DNA of 64,000 bases from Parcubacteria group bacterium (lineage in GTDB: Bacteria; Patescibacteriota; Minisyncoccia; Phycocordibacterales; Zambryskibacteraceae). The position numbers were made by a program, and so were the translations under genes. The stretch is taken from NCBI GenBank assembly GCA_028286565.1, contig JAQBRH010000002.1:81876-145875 (forward strand), written 5' to 3'. Below the pieces are notes generated by a model that saw only the letters and a program-made list of their open reading frames with translations, searched no databases and was not told the origin of the DNA. Of the stretch, positions 35,906 to 43,926 are shown piece by piece; the first letter of the stretch is position 1; the number at the start of each line of letters is the position of its first letter.

Positions 35906-35981
35906 AGTTATGGTAGTTAGTTATATAAGGACCTTATTATAAAAGGTTTTTGTCCTCGACGCAAGCGGAAGCGGCCTTATT

Positions 35982-36515
35982 TTAAGCCGTATATTCTCCT
36001 ACTCTGACCTTTGCCGGGCGGAGTACTTTGCTTCCGAGAAAGTAGCCTTTTTGGAGGACTTCAAGGACTTTCTGATCGTCCTCTTTGTTATCCGCAGGTA
36101 TCGTCCCCAGGGCTTCGTGTAGGCTAGGATCAAAGACCGCGCCCATAGGATCTATCTCTTCGAGCCCGTGCTGGCGGAGGATTTGAAGAAATTGATTGTA
36201 GATTGGTTCGACTGTTTTCTCTCCATGCGCAGCTGCGGAACTCAAGCTGTCGAGGACCGGTATGATCTCGCGTATTGTGTCCGCCTTAGCGAATTTTAGG
36301 AACTCACCCTTGGCTTCCTCGTCTCTTTTCCTAAGGTTCATGAACTCAGCCTGGGCTCTCTGCCAGTTGTCGAGGTTCTCTTTTGCCTTGGCTTCCGCCG
36401 CTTTCAGCTTTTCCTTGAGCTTTTTGATCGTGTCTCCCTGAGCCTCTTCGGCGAGCACCGAGTCGTCTATCCCCTCTTCGCTGTCGAGTGTGATGTCATC
36501 ATTTTCATCTTGCAT
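35982..36515 (-). CDS. grpE: Nucleotide exchange factor GrpE
   Basis: Coiled-coil N-terminus and GrpE C-terminal β-domain motifs (…PMGAVFDPSLHEA…). Confidence 0.9.
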   Translation of the reverse strand: MQDENDDITLDSEEGIDDSVLAEEAQGDTIKKLKEKLKAAEAKAKENLDNWQRAQAEFMNLRKRDEEAKGEFLKFAKADTIREIIPVLDSLSSAAAHGEKTVEPIYNQFLQILRQHGLEEIDPMGAVFDPSLHEALGTIPADNKEDDQKVLEVLQKGYFLGSKVLRPAKVRVGEYTA

Positions 36516-36523
36516 AGGGCTAT

Positions 36524-36552
36524 AGAATAAGCGATTTTAGCCCAATAATCAA
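36524..36552 (-). promoter_or_regulatory. Putative leaderless promoter for grpE-dnaK-dnaJ (TTGATT-17-TATTCT, ATG 8 nt downstream), overlapped by inverted repeat GGGCTA-N15-TAGCCC
   Basis: Hexamers and spacing on the minus strand. Palindrome spans 36517-36543. No CIRCE element seen. Confidence 0.4.
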
Positions 36553-36578
36553 GATTTAATTTATAAGCCAAAATAGGA

Positions 36579-37568
36579 TTAAATAGGCCGAAATGACGAT
36601 AGAATCGCAGAAACGTTTTTTGGATCATTTTCACCTCCCCAAACAATAATTTCATAGTAAGACTCACCATCTGGAGCGAAAGCATAATATGCATCGCCGG
36701 CCGATCCGTCTCCTTCAGTGCCTGGCGTAAATTTATTTGTATATATAATACTGCCCAATGAAATAGATTCAATCGCAGTTCGTGTAACACCATTTTCTAA
36801 GTCCTGCGCCGTCATTTTATTCATTGACACAAGAAACTCTTTCTGCTGTTTTTTATCCGTAAGATCAAAATTTGATGCATGATAATAGACAGAATCTCCT
36901 TTTCCAAAGTCAATCACTACTCCATTTGGGGCACCTCTTTCGTACAGGATTTCATCATAGTTAACGAGTCGTGAACCACTATAAAATGGATTGTGGTAAG
37001 TTGCGGGGTACGAAATCATATAACCAACTTCTTTATTGGTTTGGGTTTTCCAATTCGTGGTGGTCGAAGTACTGGATGTATCAGAAGTATTTGTAAATTT
37101 AAACGTAGAGAGAATTTGGTCTAAAATAGAATCTTCGGCGTATAAAATTATGATTATTGGTTTGTTTTTTAATTCATATAGAAGATGCGGTTCACCAGGA
37201 CCAGGGGCACTCCAGCTCCATTTTACGGCTGGGGTATTATTGAGTGCTATATCTATTTTGTGACTTGGTTCAACGACCCCGGCTAAGCATCTCATTCCCA
37301 TTTGAATAAACCCTTTTCTAACTTTATTTTCTATAAGTTCTATGTTTGTATTATCTTCTTCACATAGCCCCGAGCTTTCGTCTAAGCTGTACGAACTTGG
37401 ATATTTAAACTCAACACCATACTTTAAGTTAGTGTACGTTTTCCAATCTGAAGTTTCAGTCGCTACGATCTGCTTATTATCTACGTACTGATTTACAGAC
37501 CATATTCTTAAACCCGCCAAGAACACAGCTAGGATTCCGAAAGTTATTAAAGCTATTTTTGTTCTCAT
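36579..37568 (-). CDS. Hypothetical secreted or membrane-anchored protein (AT-rich island), paralogous at its 5' end to 37711..38220
   Basis: Signal-anchor MRTKIALITFGILAVFLAGL; Thr/Ser-rich stretch; shared leader with the neighbouring gene. Confidence 0.55.
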   Translation of the reverse strand: MRTKIALITFGILAVFLAGLRIWSVNQYVDNKQIVATETSDWKTYTNLKYGVEFKYPSSYSLDESSGLCEEDNTNIELIENKVRKGFIQMGMRCLAGVVEPSHKIDIALNNTPAVKWSWSAPGPGEPHLLYELKNKPIIIILYAEDSILDQILSTFKFTNTSDTSSTSTTTNWKTQTNKEVGYMISYPATYHNPFYSGSRLVNYDEILYERGAPNGVVIDFGKGDSVYYHASNFDLTDKKQQKEFLVSMNKMTAQDLENGVTRTAIESISLGSIIYTNKFTPGTEGDGSAGDAYYAFAPDGESYYEIIVWGGENDPKNVSAILSSFRPI

Positions 37569-37614
37569 TCATTAACCCTATCACATCTCCAAAAAACCGC
37601 TCGAAATTGGAAGC

Positions 37615-37646
37615 AAGTAAAAAAGACGACTACTTGGTCGTCTTGC
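37615..37646 (-). terminator. Intrinsic terminator (AAGACGAC-tacttg-GTCGTCTT plus U-run)
   Basis: 8-bp perfect stem with A6 on the plus strand, giving U6 on the minus transcript. Confidence 0.65.
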
Positions 37647-37710
37647 ATAGGTCTATAGAATACGAGAAATAGAATTTACAAGCAAGAGCGCTTATTCGCA
37701 GTTTTTAAAC

Positions 37711-38220
37711 CTAATTGGAGATTAATCCTGTTGTTTTTAATGCTTCTTGGAGAGATGCAATTTGTTTGGTAGTTAAGTCAATGCTCGCTTGAGTATCAGC
37801 GCAGGTTGCTTGTGGATGGGTGTAGTACACACCGGTAATACCAATAGTTTTTGCTGGCGGTCCTAATCTTAGTTCATCCTCATGCCCAGCTGTTTTAGTT
37901 GTGTCCGCTACTCTAATCGTACCGAGCGGCCCTTCCGATGAAGTACAGTACTTGCCTCCAATTTGAGTTAAACTTTTTGTAGAAAAGAATGCTGCTGTGC
38001 CCAATCCTCCACCTAGAGTTTTAATCGAATATGTAAGATCCTGAATATCTTCCGGCAGAGCAAATTTAACCCCGAGCTCCTTAATTTCAAATGTTTGAGA
38101 TTGCGCCTGTTTAATCTCTGGTATCTGTGCTTGCTTAGTAGGAGTTAGGTTCTGTGCATGATACCCAAGCCCCCCCAAAATTACAGCCACTATCCCGAAC
38201 ACAATAAGTTTTGTTTTCAT
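37711..38220 (-). CDS. Hypothetical secreted or membrane-anchored protein (AT-rich island)
   Basis: Signal-anchor MKTKLIVFGIVAVILGGL; the leader and N-terminus are near-identical to the 329-aa neighbour. Confidence 0.55.
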   Translation of the reverse strand: MKTKLIVFGIVAVILGGLGYHAQNLTPTKQAQIPEIKQAQSQTFEIKELGVKFALPEDIQDLTYSIKTLGGGLGTAAFFSTKSLTQIGGKYCTSSEGPLGTIRVADTTKTAGHEDELRLGPPAKTIGITGVYYTHPQATCADTQASIDLTTKQIASLQEALKTTGLISN

Positions 38221-38275
38221 TTATTAACCCTAACACATCTACAGAAAACCGCCTTCCGGCGATTTTTTATAGCGA

Positions 38276-38686
38276 CTATCGTTTGGACCACTGTGGTGCC
38301 TTTCTCGCCTTCTTCAATCCGAACTTACGGCGTTCCTTGGCTCGAGGATCTCGTTTGAGATAGCCCTTGACCTTGAGGGTGGTGCGAAGAGTTGCGTCGT
38401 AGATGATAAGGGCTCGGGCGATGCCGTGTCGCACAGCTTCGGCTTGCGAAGAGACGCCTCCGCCGGTGGTCAACACGGTAACGGAGAATTTCTGATCGAG
38501 GTCGACTGTATCAAATGCTGACTTGACGGTTTTGCGAAGTTCCGCGGTCGGGAAATAGTTCTCGAATTCGCGATCATTGATGGTGATAGAGAATTTCGAA
38601 GCTGGGGTGATGCGGACGCGGGCGGTCGAGGTCTTTCTACGGCCGACTGCTCCGATGTATTTGTCTCCTGTTTTTGCTGCGGCCAT
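38276..38686 (-). CDS. rpsI: 30S ribosomal protein S9
   Basis: GRRKTSTARV…; C-terminal …KKARKAPQWSKR. Confidence 0.9.
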   Translation of the reverse strand: MAAAKTGDKYIGAVGRRKTSTARVRITPASKFSITINDREFENYFPTAELRKTVKSAFDTVDLDQKFSVTVLTTGGGVSSQAEAVRHGIARALIIYDATLRTTLKVKGYLKRDPRAKERRKFGLKKARKAPQWSKR

Positions 38687-38687
38687 A

Positions 38688-39038
38688 TTAGTCGTTAATA
38701 GTTAAATTCTTCATCATTTTTGGGCGAAGTTTGTTCTTTGGGAGCATCCCGAGGATAGCCTTGCGAAGAACTTCTTTGGCACCCTTTGAGGCGACCATCT
38801 TCTCCATCGATTGGAGCTTCAATGCTCCCGGATATCCGGAGTGGGTAGCGTACTTCTTGTCCACGAGCTTCTTCGGATCGAGGGAAAGCTTTGAAGCGTT
38901 CTCGACCTTGACCTCTATCTCAGGGATAAAGTTTCTCTGATAGTCAGGGCGATTCTTGCCCATGAGGAGAACGGCGATCTCGGTGGCGAGTCGTCCCGGC
39001 TTCTTTCCTGCTGCATCTAAAGTGTATTTCTTTTCCAT
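38688..39038 (-). CDS. rplM: 50S ribosomal protein L13
   Basis: …GRLATEIAVLLMGKN…HSGYPG…GMLPKN matches L13 motifs. Confidence 0.9.
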   Translation of the reverse strand: MEKKYTLDAAGKKPGRLATEIAVLLMGKNRPDYQRNFIPEIEVKVENASKLSLDPKKLVDKKYATHSGYPGALKLQSMEKMVASKGAKEVLRKAILGMLPKNKLRPKMMKNLTIND

Positions 39039-39039
39039 G

Positions 39040-39390
39040 TTATTTGACGAATTCGATGACGGCCATAGGAGCGCCGTCGGAGGCTCGGCGGATCAACTTT
39101 GTAATTCGAGTGTATCCGCCCTTTCTTTCCATATATTCCGGAGCAAGGACGGTGGCGATCTTTTTAGCCGCTATCTTCCCTACTCTGGATTCAAGCTCTC
39201 GGCGAGAAGCCACGGTGCCTTTCTTGCCGTAGGTAACGAGCTTCTCGACGAACGGTCGGAGCTCCTTGGCCTTTGGCTCTGTGGTCTTGATCTTGCCCTT
39301 GAGGACGAGTGAGTAGGCCAAAGACTTCATGAGCGCCTTGCGCTGGTCCTTGGTGCGTCCGAATTTTCTGTTGGCGTTGTGGTGGCGCAT
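39040..39390 (-). CDS. rplQ: 50S ribosomal protein L17
   Basis: MRHHNANRKFGRTKDQRKALMKSLA…TTEPKAKELR. Confidence 0.9.
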   Translation of the reverse strand: MRHHNANRKFGRTKDQRKALMKSLAYSLVLKGKIKTTEPKAKELRPFVEKLVTYGKKGTVASRRELESRVGKIAAKKIATVLAPEYMERKGGYTRITKLIRRASDGAPMAVIEFVK

Positions 39391-39404
39391 GGGTCTCTAC
39401 CTTA

Positions 39405-40373
39405 CTAGTTTTTGAGCGTTATGCCAAATTCTCCAAGAGCTTTCTTTATTTCTTGGATGCCCTTGGCTCCGAGCCCTTCGATATCGAGAAGATCTCTCTC
39501 CTTCTTGCGGGCGAGGCCTCCGATGGTTCGGATGTTGGCGTTCGAGAGAGCGTTCTGGGTTCGGGCGGACACGTCGAGCGATTCTACGCGGGTCTTCAAG
39601 ATCTCAGGGTCGATCTCGGCTCCGTTTGCTCCCTTGTGGCTTTCTTCTTCATGGGATTCTTCCGGCTCATCGGCCTTCTCTTCCTTGAATCCGACGACTG
39701 CCTTGAGCTGGTTGATCATGATCTCGATCGACTGGGTGAGGGCATCCTTTGGAGAGATGGTGCCGTCGGTTTCGATGGAGATCTTCAATTTATTGAAGTC
39801 TGTTCGATCCCCCACGCGCATGTTCTCGACTTCGTATGAAGCGCGGCGGATAGGGGTGAAGATCCCGTCGAGAGAGATGGTGCCGATGTCGACGCGGTTC
39901 TTCTCGATCATTTCCTTAGGGACGAAACCGAGGCCTTTTTCGGCCCGGACCTCGATGTTGAGCTCGGTGGACTTTGAGGTGACGGTAGCGATGATCTGAT
40001 CGGGGTTCAAGATCTCAACTTGTCCGGGAACATCGAAGTCTGCCGCAGTAACGACCTTGTCTCCCTTCACTTTGAGGGTAAGGGTCTGAGGTTCATCGGT
40101 CGAAAAGCGCATGCGGACCTTTTTGAGGTTCAAGAGGATAGTGATGACATCTTCCTTAACTCCGTCCATGACCGAGAATTCGTGGCTCACCCCTTCGATC
40201 TTCACAGACGTAATAGCCACTCCGGGAAGTGACGAGAGGATAATGCGTCGGAGCGAGTTGCCGAGGGTGTATCCGTATCCCGGGTACAGTCCTTCGATCT
40301 CGTATACCCCGGACACTCCGGCTTCGGAGATGATCTTTGGTTTCGAAGGCAAAAGTATTGTGTAATCAGCCAT
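39405..40373 (-). CDS. rpoA: DNA-directed RNA polymerase alpha subunit
   Basis: …GYGYTLGNSLRRILLSSLPG… N-terminal domain; C-terminal helix-hairpin-helix domain. Confidence 0.9.
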   Translation of the reverse strand: MADYTILLPSKPKIISEAGVSGVYEIEGLYPGYGYTLGNSLRRIILSSLPGVAITSVKIEGVSHEFSVMDGVKEDVITILLNLKKVRMRFSTDEPQTLTLKVKGDKVVTAADFDVPGQVEILNPDQIIATVTSKSTELNIEVRAEKGLGFVPKEMIEKNRVDIGTISLDGIFTPIRRASYEVENMRVGDRTDFNKLKISIETDGTISPKDALTQSIEIMINQLKAVVGFKEEKADEPEESHEEESHKGANGAEIDPEILKTRVESLDVSARTQNALSNANIRTIGGLARKKERDLLDIEGLGAKGIQEIKKALGEFGITLKN

Positions 40374-40441
40374 TGTTGTTATAAAAAAATTAGTCGTTAA
40401 ATTATACGTTATTTTTGCTTTCTTTGCAATTATATGCCGTG

Positions 40442-41047
40442 CTATCTCGAATAGAACTCGAGCACTGCTCCCAATTCGAACACTTGCTCTCCCGGCGCAT
40501 ACACAGGCACTCCCCCGACCTTGGCCTCCCGTTTCTTCGGGTCAACAGAGACCCAAGCCGGAGCCGCGAGCGTATTCATGCGCTCTTCCACATCGCCAAA
40601 GAGGGGGCTTGCTGAGCTTCCACCTCGAATGCCGATCACATCCCCTTCTTTGACCTCGATCGAAGGGACGGTGACTCGGCGGCCGTTGAGGGTCGCATGG
40701 CCGTGAGCGGCGATCTGTCTGCCGGCTGCGCGAGTCTTCGCAAGACCCGAGCGATAGAGAACGTTGTCGAGGCGGAGTTCAAGGGATCGGAAGAGCTTCT
40801 GCATAGGATCTGCGCCGTTCAATGCACCTTTGGCATATTTGGAGAATTGCTTTTCTGTGATGCCGTAGCTGAAGCGAGCCTTTTGCTTTTCGAGGAGCTG
40901 CTTGCCGAACTCGGATTTTGGCTTATTGCGGCCCTTCATGTTCTTTTCCTTGCGGGCAAGAGAAAGGGCGTATTTCTGGCCTTGGGTCTTCTCGAATATT
41001 GGGGCTCCGAGTCTGCGAGCTATTTTGTATTTTGGTCCGATTTTCAT
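40442..41047 (-). CDS. rpsD: 30S ribosomal protein S4
   Basis: MKIGPKYKIARRLG…; S4 domain. Confidence 0.9.
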   Translation of the reverse strand: MKIGPKYKIARRLGAPIFEKTQGQKYALSLARKEKNMKGRNKPKSEFGKQLLEKQKARFSYGITEKQFSKYAKGALNGADPMQKLFRSLELRLDNVLYRSGLAKTRAAGRQIAAHGHATLNGRRVTVPSIEVKEGDVIGIRGGSSASPLFGDVEERMNTLAAPAWVSVDPKKREAKVGGVPVYAPGEQVFELGAVLEFYSR

Positions 41048-41071
41048 TGTATATAGGGTGAGATATTCGAA

Positions 41072-41512
41072 CTATGCTCGTCGAGGCCGAGGGGCTTTCG
41101 GTCCGTTATGAGGCACGGGAGTCGCATCGGTGATGGTGGTAAGGTTGATGCCTTTGGATATGAAGCCTCGGATAGCCGATTCGCGGCCTGATCCGACTCC
41201 TTTAACCACCACCCTGACCTCCTTGATGCCGAACGCGGCCGCCTTCTCGGCTATCTTCTCTCCGATCTTCGCCGCTGCGAACGGGGTTCCCTTCTTTGCC
41301 CCTTTGAAGCCGATGGCTCCGGAGGTCGACCAGGCGAGGGTATTGCCTTTCGGGTCGGTCAACACGAGCTTGGTGTTGTTGTAGGTCGATTGGACATACA
41401 AAATACCGGATTCAAATCGCTTTTTGCCGAGCTTTGGAGCTTCTACCGCTTTTACTACTTCCGCAGTTTCAGGCGCCTTGCTTCCTTCGTCTATGATCTT
41501 TTTCTTTCCCAT
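41072..41512 (-). CDS. rpsK: 30S ribosomal protein S11
   Basis: …TDPKGNTLAWSTSGAIGFKGAKKGTPFAA…TPVPHNGPKAPRPRR. Confidence 0.9.
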   Translation of the reverse strand: MGKKKIIDEGSKAPETAEVVKAVEAPKLGKKRFESGILYVQSTYNNTKLVLTDPKGNTLAWSTSGAIGFKGAKKGTPFAAAKIGEKIAEKAAAFGIKEVRVVVKGVGSGRESAIRGFISKGINLTTITDATPVPHNGPKAPRPRRA

Positions 41513-41520
41513 ATTAAATA

Positions 41521-41901
41521 TTATTTCTTCTCTGCGATCTTACGTCCGGTACCCATGGTCTTGCGCTGGTTGCCTCGGCGGGTTCGGGAGTTGGTCTTGG
41601 TTCGCTGTCCGCGCACAGGAAGTCCGCGCATGTGGCGGACCCCTCTATATGCCTTGATATCCTTGAGACGCTTCACATTCGAAGCGATCTCGCGCTTCAG
41701 GTCTCCTTCAAGGGTAAGGGCTTCGACGATGCCGCGGATCTTGTTCTCATCAGCAAGCTCAATATCCTTTGGGGTTTTCTCCCTTGGGACGCCTGCTTCT
41801 TTGAGGATCGAGGCTGCACGCGAACGGCCGATTCCAAAAAGGACTGTGAGGCCGATATCTATACGCTTTTCGTCTGGAATGGTAATACCGAGGATTCTCA
41901 T
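41521..41901 (-). CDS. rpsM: 30S ribosomal protein S13
   Basis: MRILGITIPDEKRIDIGLTVLFGIG…YRGVRHMRGLPVRGQRTKTN. Confidence 0.9.
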   Translation of the reverse strand: MRILGITIPDEKRIDIGLTVLFGIGRSRAASILKEAGVPREKTPKDIELADENKIRGIVEALTLEGDLKREIASNVKRLKDIKAYRGVRHMRGLPVRGQRTKTNSRTRRGNQRKTMGTGRKIAEKK

Positions 41902-42018
41902 TTAGCCTTGTCGTTGCTTATGTCGCGCGTTAGCCTTGCAGATCACGTAGACGTAGCCCTTGCGCCTCACAATTTGGCACTTGGCGCACATCTTTTTGAC
42001 CGATGCTTTGACTTTCAT
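41902..42018 (-). CDS. rpmJ: 50S ribosomal protein L36 (38 aa; below the ORF-track cutoff)
   Basis: Translates as [38 protein letters not shown]; directly abuts the rpsM start. Confidence 0.8.
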   Translation of the reverse strand: MKVKASVKKMCAKCQIVRRKGYVYVICKANARHKQRQG

Positions 42019-42029
42019 GGTGAATAGGT

Positions 42030-42058
42030 ATTTTAGACTTGTCTCGGTTTTTTGTCAA
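42030..42058 (-). promoter_or_regulatory. Internal sigma70-type promoter TTGACA-17-TAAAAT immediately upstream of rpmJ
   Basis: Consensus -35 with 17-nt spacer; ATG lies 12 nt after the -10. Confidence 0.5.
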
Positions 42059-42088
42059 ATGGCGCCTGAAGAAGGCCTCGAAAAGGGC

Positions 42089-42304
42089 CTAGAGACGCTT
42101 AATAATACGCGCTTTTCCTCCGTATGGCTCAAGGACAAGGAGTACTTTATCCCCCACGAGAACTCTGATCCTATGAAGGCGCATTTTGCCTGAGAGATAT
42201 GAGAGGAGTTCTCCTTCTTCGCCGTCGATCTTCACTTTGAACATGATGTTGGGCAAAGCCTCCATCACAACCCCGGTGCGTTCAAGTTCTTTGGTATCCT
42301 GCAT
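42089..42304 (-). CDS. infA: Translation initiation factor IF-1
   Basis: …GVVMEALPNIMFKV…SGKMRLHRIRVLVGDKVLLVLEPY matches the S1-like IF-1 fold motif. Confidence 0.9.
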   Translation of the reverse strand: MQDTKELERTGVVMEALPNIMFKVKIDGEEGELLSYLSGKMRLHRIRVLVGDKVLLVLEPYGGKARIIKRL

Positions 42305-42334
42305 TAAGAAGTAAAGTATACCCGAGGGACAGGC

Positions 42335-43870
42335 TTATTTCAATGCTGCCTGAGTCACCTGAATCTTCGAGGGATCCGCCGGGAACGAGGTTTTCCAGAA
42401 AGGGCGAACCGAGGCGACGGCGGAGAGGACGCCCGGATATTTTCCTAGCACATCATTCACTTCTGTTTTAGATTTTCCCGCGAGGTCCTTCTGAAGATCG
42501 GATTCAGAGATACGAGAGATCGCTTTGACCGAACCTGTGACCTCAAAGCTCAATTCTTCGGCCTTCAAAAGATCCGCAGTGCCGTCCTTGCCTACGAACG
42601 AGGCGTCGAGGCTTGCGATATCCGGAATATCAAGAGGGGTCGGGATGGTCGTCGCCTTCTTGGCCCCGAGGTACGAAGCCAGTTCGGCCCGCTTGAACAT
42701 CACGCCGTAAAAGTCTGCGTGTTCGTTCACTGTCACTCCCGTATCAGTCGGGGCGGTTTGCGGAGTATCTGCATAGGTGATCTGTACGAGGTTCGGATAC
42801 AGGATGAAGTCCGCTGGCACTTGAGCCTTGGCTTCGTTCAGCAATTGATCTTTAAGAGAGGCTTCAAGGGTTGTGCGCGCCTTTGACAGGTCCGCTTCGC
42901 TCACTTTCTTGGTAAGTCCGACAAATCCTCCGGTCATCGCGGTCTTCGAGCGGGCATAGACGGTCGTGAACTTCGGGTCCCCCTTCAATCCGGGCAAGGT
43001 GAAGTCGGTGAGGCCGATGTTGTAGGTGTCGCCGGGCTGGTCGGCGTAGACAGTGACCTCAAGGGATCCGGGAGCGGTACCGGTCTTCCCCGGGACGCTT
43101 ATATCAGAAAGGATGCGGTACACCTTGCCTTCCGGGCTTTCAAAGCGGGTATTTCGTATGAGCTTTTGCGGAGCGGCTCCCGAATTGTTGTAGACGACGA
43201 TCTTGCCGCTCGCTTTTGTGGAGACATTCTCTTGTCCGGACGCCGGAGCTTCCACTCCCCTGTCTCCGGAGAGTTTGATAACGCTAAAACCGAGCTTGTC
43301 CTGTCCGCCGTCCTTATAGGCGATGTAGGTGTCTTTATTAAAGGAAATGTCAGCCGAGCGAGGAGTATATACAAGCGTCCCTCCGCTGAAGAACGAAAGT
43401 CCGAGAAGGACAAGAGCGATCAGAGCGACGCTTCCAAAAATAAATTTCTTTTTGGATCCGCCTGTAGAGCCTCTAAAATATCCGAGGAGATCCCTATCCC
43501 CGAGGAAGGTGATCCTGCGCGGAGAAGAAGGGATATCCGTGGCTCGCCTCCCCGTACTAATTTCCGGCTCAGTGCGCCGTTCGGATACTCCGTCAGTTGC
43601 CCGCCTGTTTTGGATCGGCTCGAGATCAACGTCGGAAGCCCGTCGATGCAAAAATACAGCCTCTTCGTCCGAGGCTCGCCTATGCTGATACACAGGTTCC
43701 GGCTCGCGGATCGGCTGCGCCGGCTCGACGTACGATTCCGGAGCGCGTTCCGGAGTTTGGGTCGCGTCAATAAAATCGGTTCGTCGGCGCTTTGCCGGAA
43801 TAGGAATATTTCTGATAGAACGGCGTTCTGGTTTTCCTCCGGGAATGATGTCTTGCATTTCTTTGGCCAT
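42335..43870 (-). CDS. Hypothetical bitopic membrane protein with RR[AS/T]D repeats in its N-terminal cytoplasmic region and a large extracytoplasmic domain
   Basis: N-terminal 140 aa is Arg/Pro-rich with RRASD ×2 and RRATD ×2. One TM (FIFGSVALIALVLLGLSFF). About 350-aa C-terminal domain. Confidence 0.6.
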   Translation of the reverse strand: MAKEMQDIIPGGKPERRSIRNIPIPAKRRRTDFIDATQTPERAPESYVEPAQPIREPEPVYQHRRASDEEAVFLHRRASDVDLEPIQNRRATDGVSERRTEPEISTGRRATDIPSSPRRITFLGDRDLLGYFRGSTGGSKKKFIFGSVALIALVLLGLSFFSGGTLVYTPRSADISFNKDTYIAYKDGGQDKLGFSVIKLSGDRGVEAPASGQENVSTKASGKIVVYNNSGAAPQKLIRNTRFESPEGKVYRILSDISVPGKTGTAPGSLEVTVYADQPGDTYNIGLTDFTLPGLKGDPKFTTVYARSKTAMTGGFVGLTKKVSEADLSKARTTLEASLKDQLLNEAKAQVPADFILYPNLVQITYADTPQTAPTDTGVTVNEHADFYGVMFKRAELASYLGAKKATTIPTPLDIPDIASLDASFVGKDGTADLLKAEELSFEVTGSVKAISRISESDLQKDLAGKSKTEVNDVLGKYPGVLSAVASVRPFWKTSFPADPSKIQVTQAALK

Positions 43871-43926
43871 GATGTATTAATTGTAACCCATACAAGTCGC
43901 GACGCAATGTGGATGAGCGAATATCA

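Noticed and set aside
36516-36600. CIRCE heat-shock operator upstream of grpE
   Set aside because: No TTAGCACTC-N9-GAGTGCTAA or close variant present. A different palindrome is present instead.
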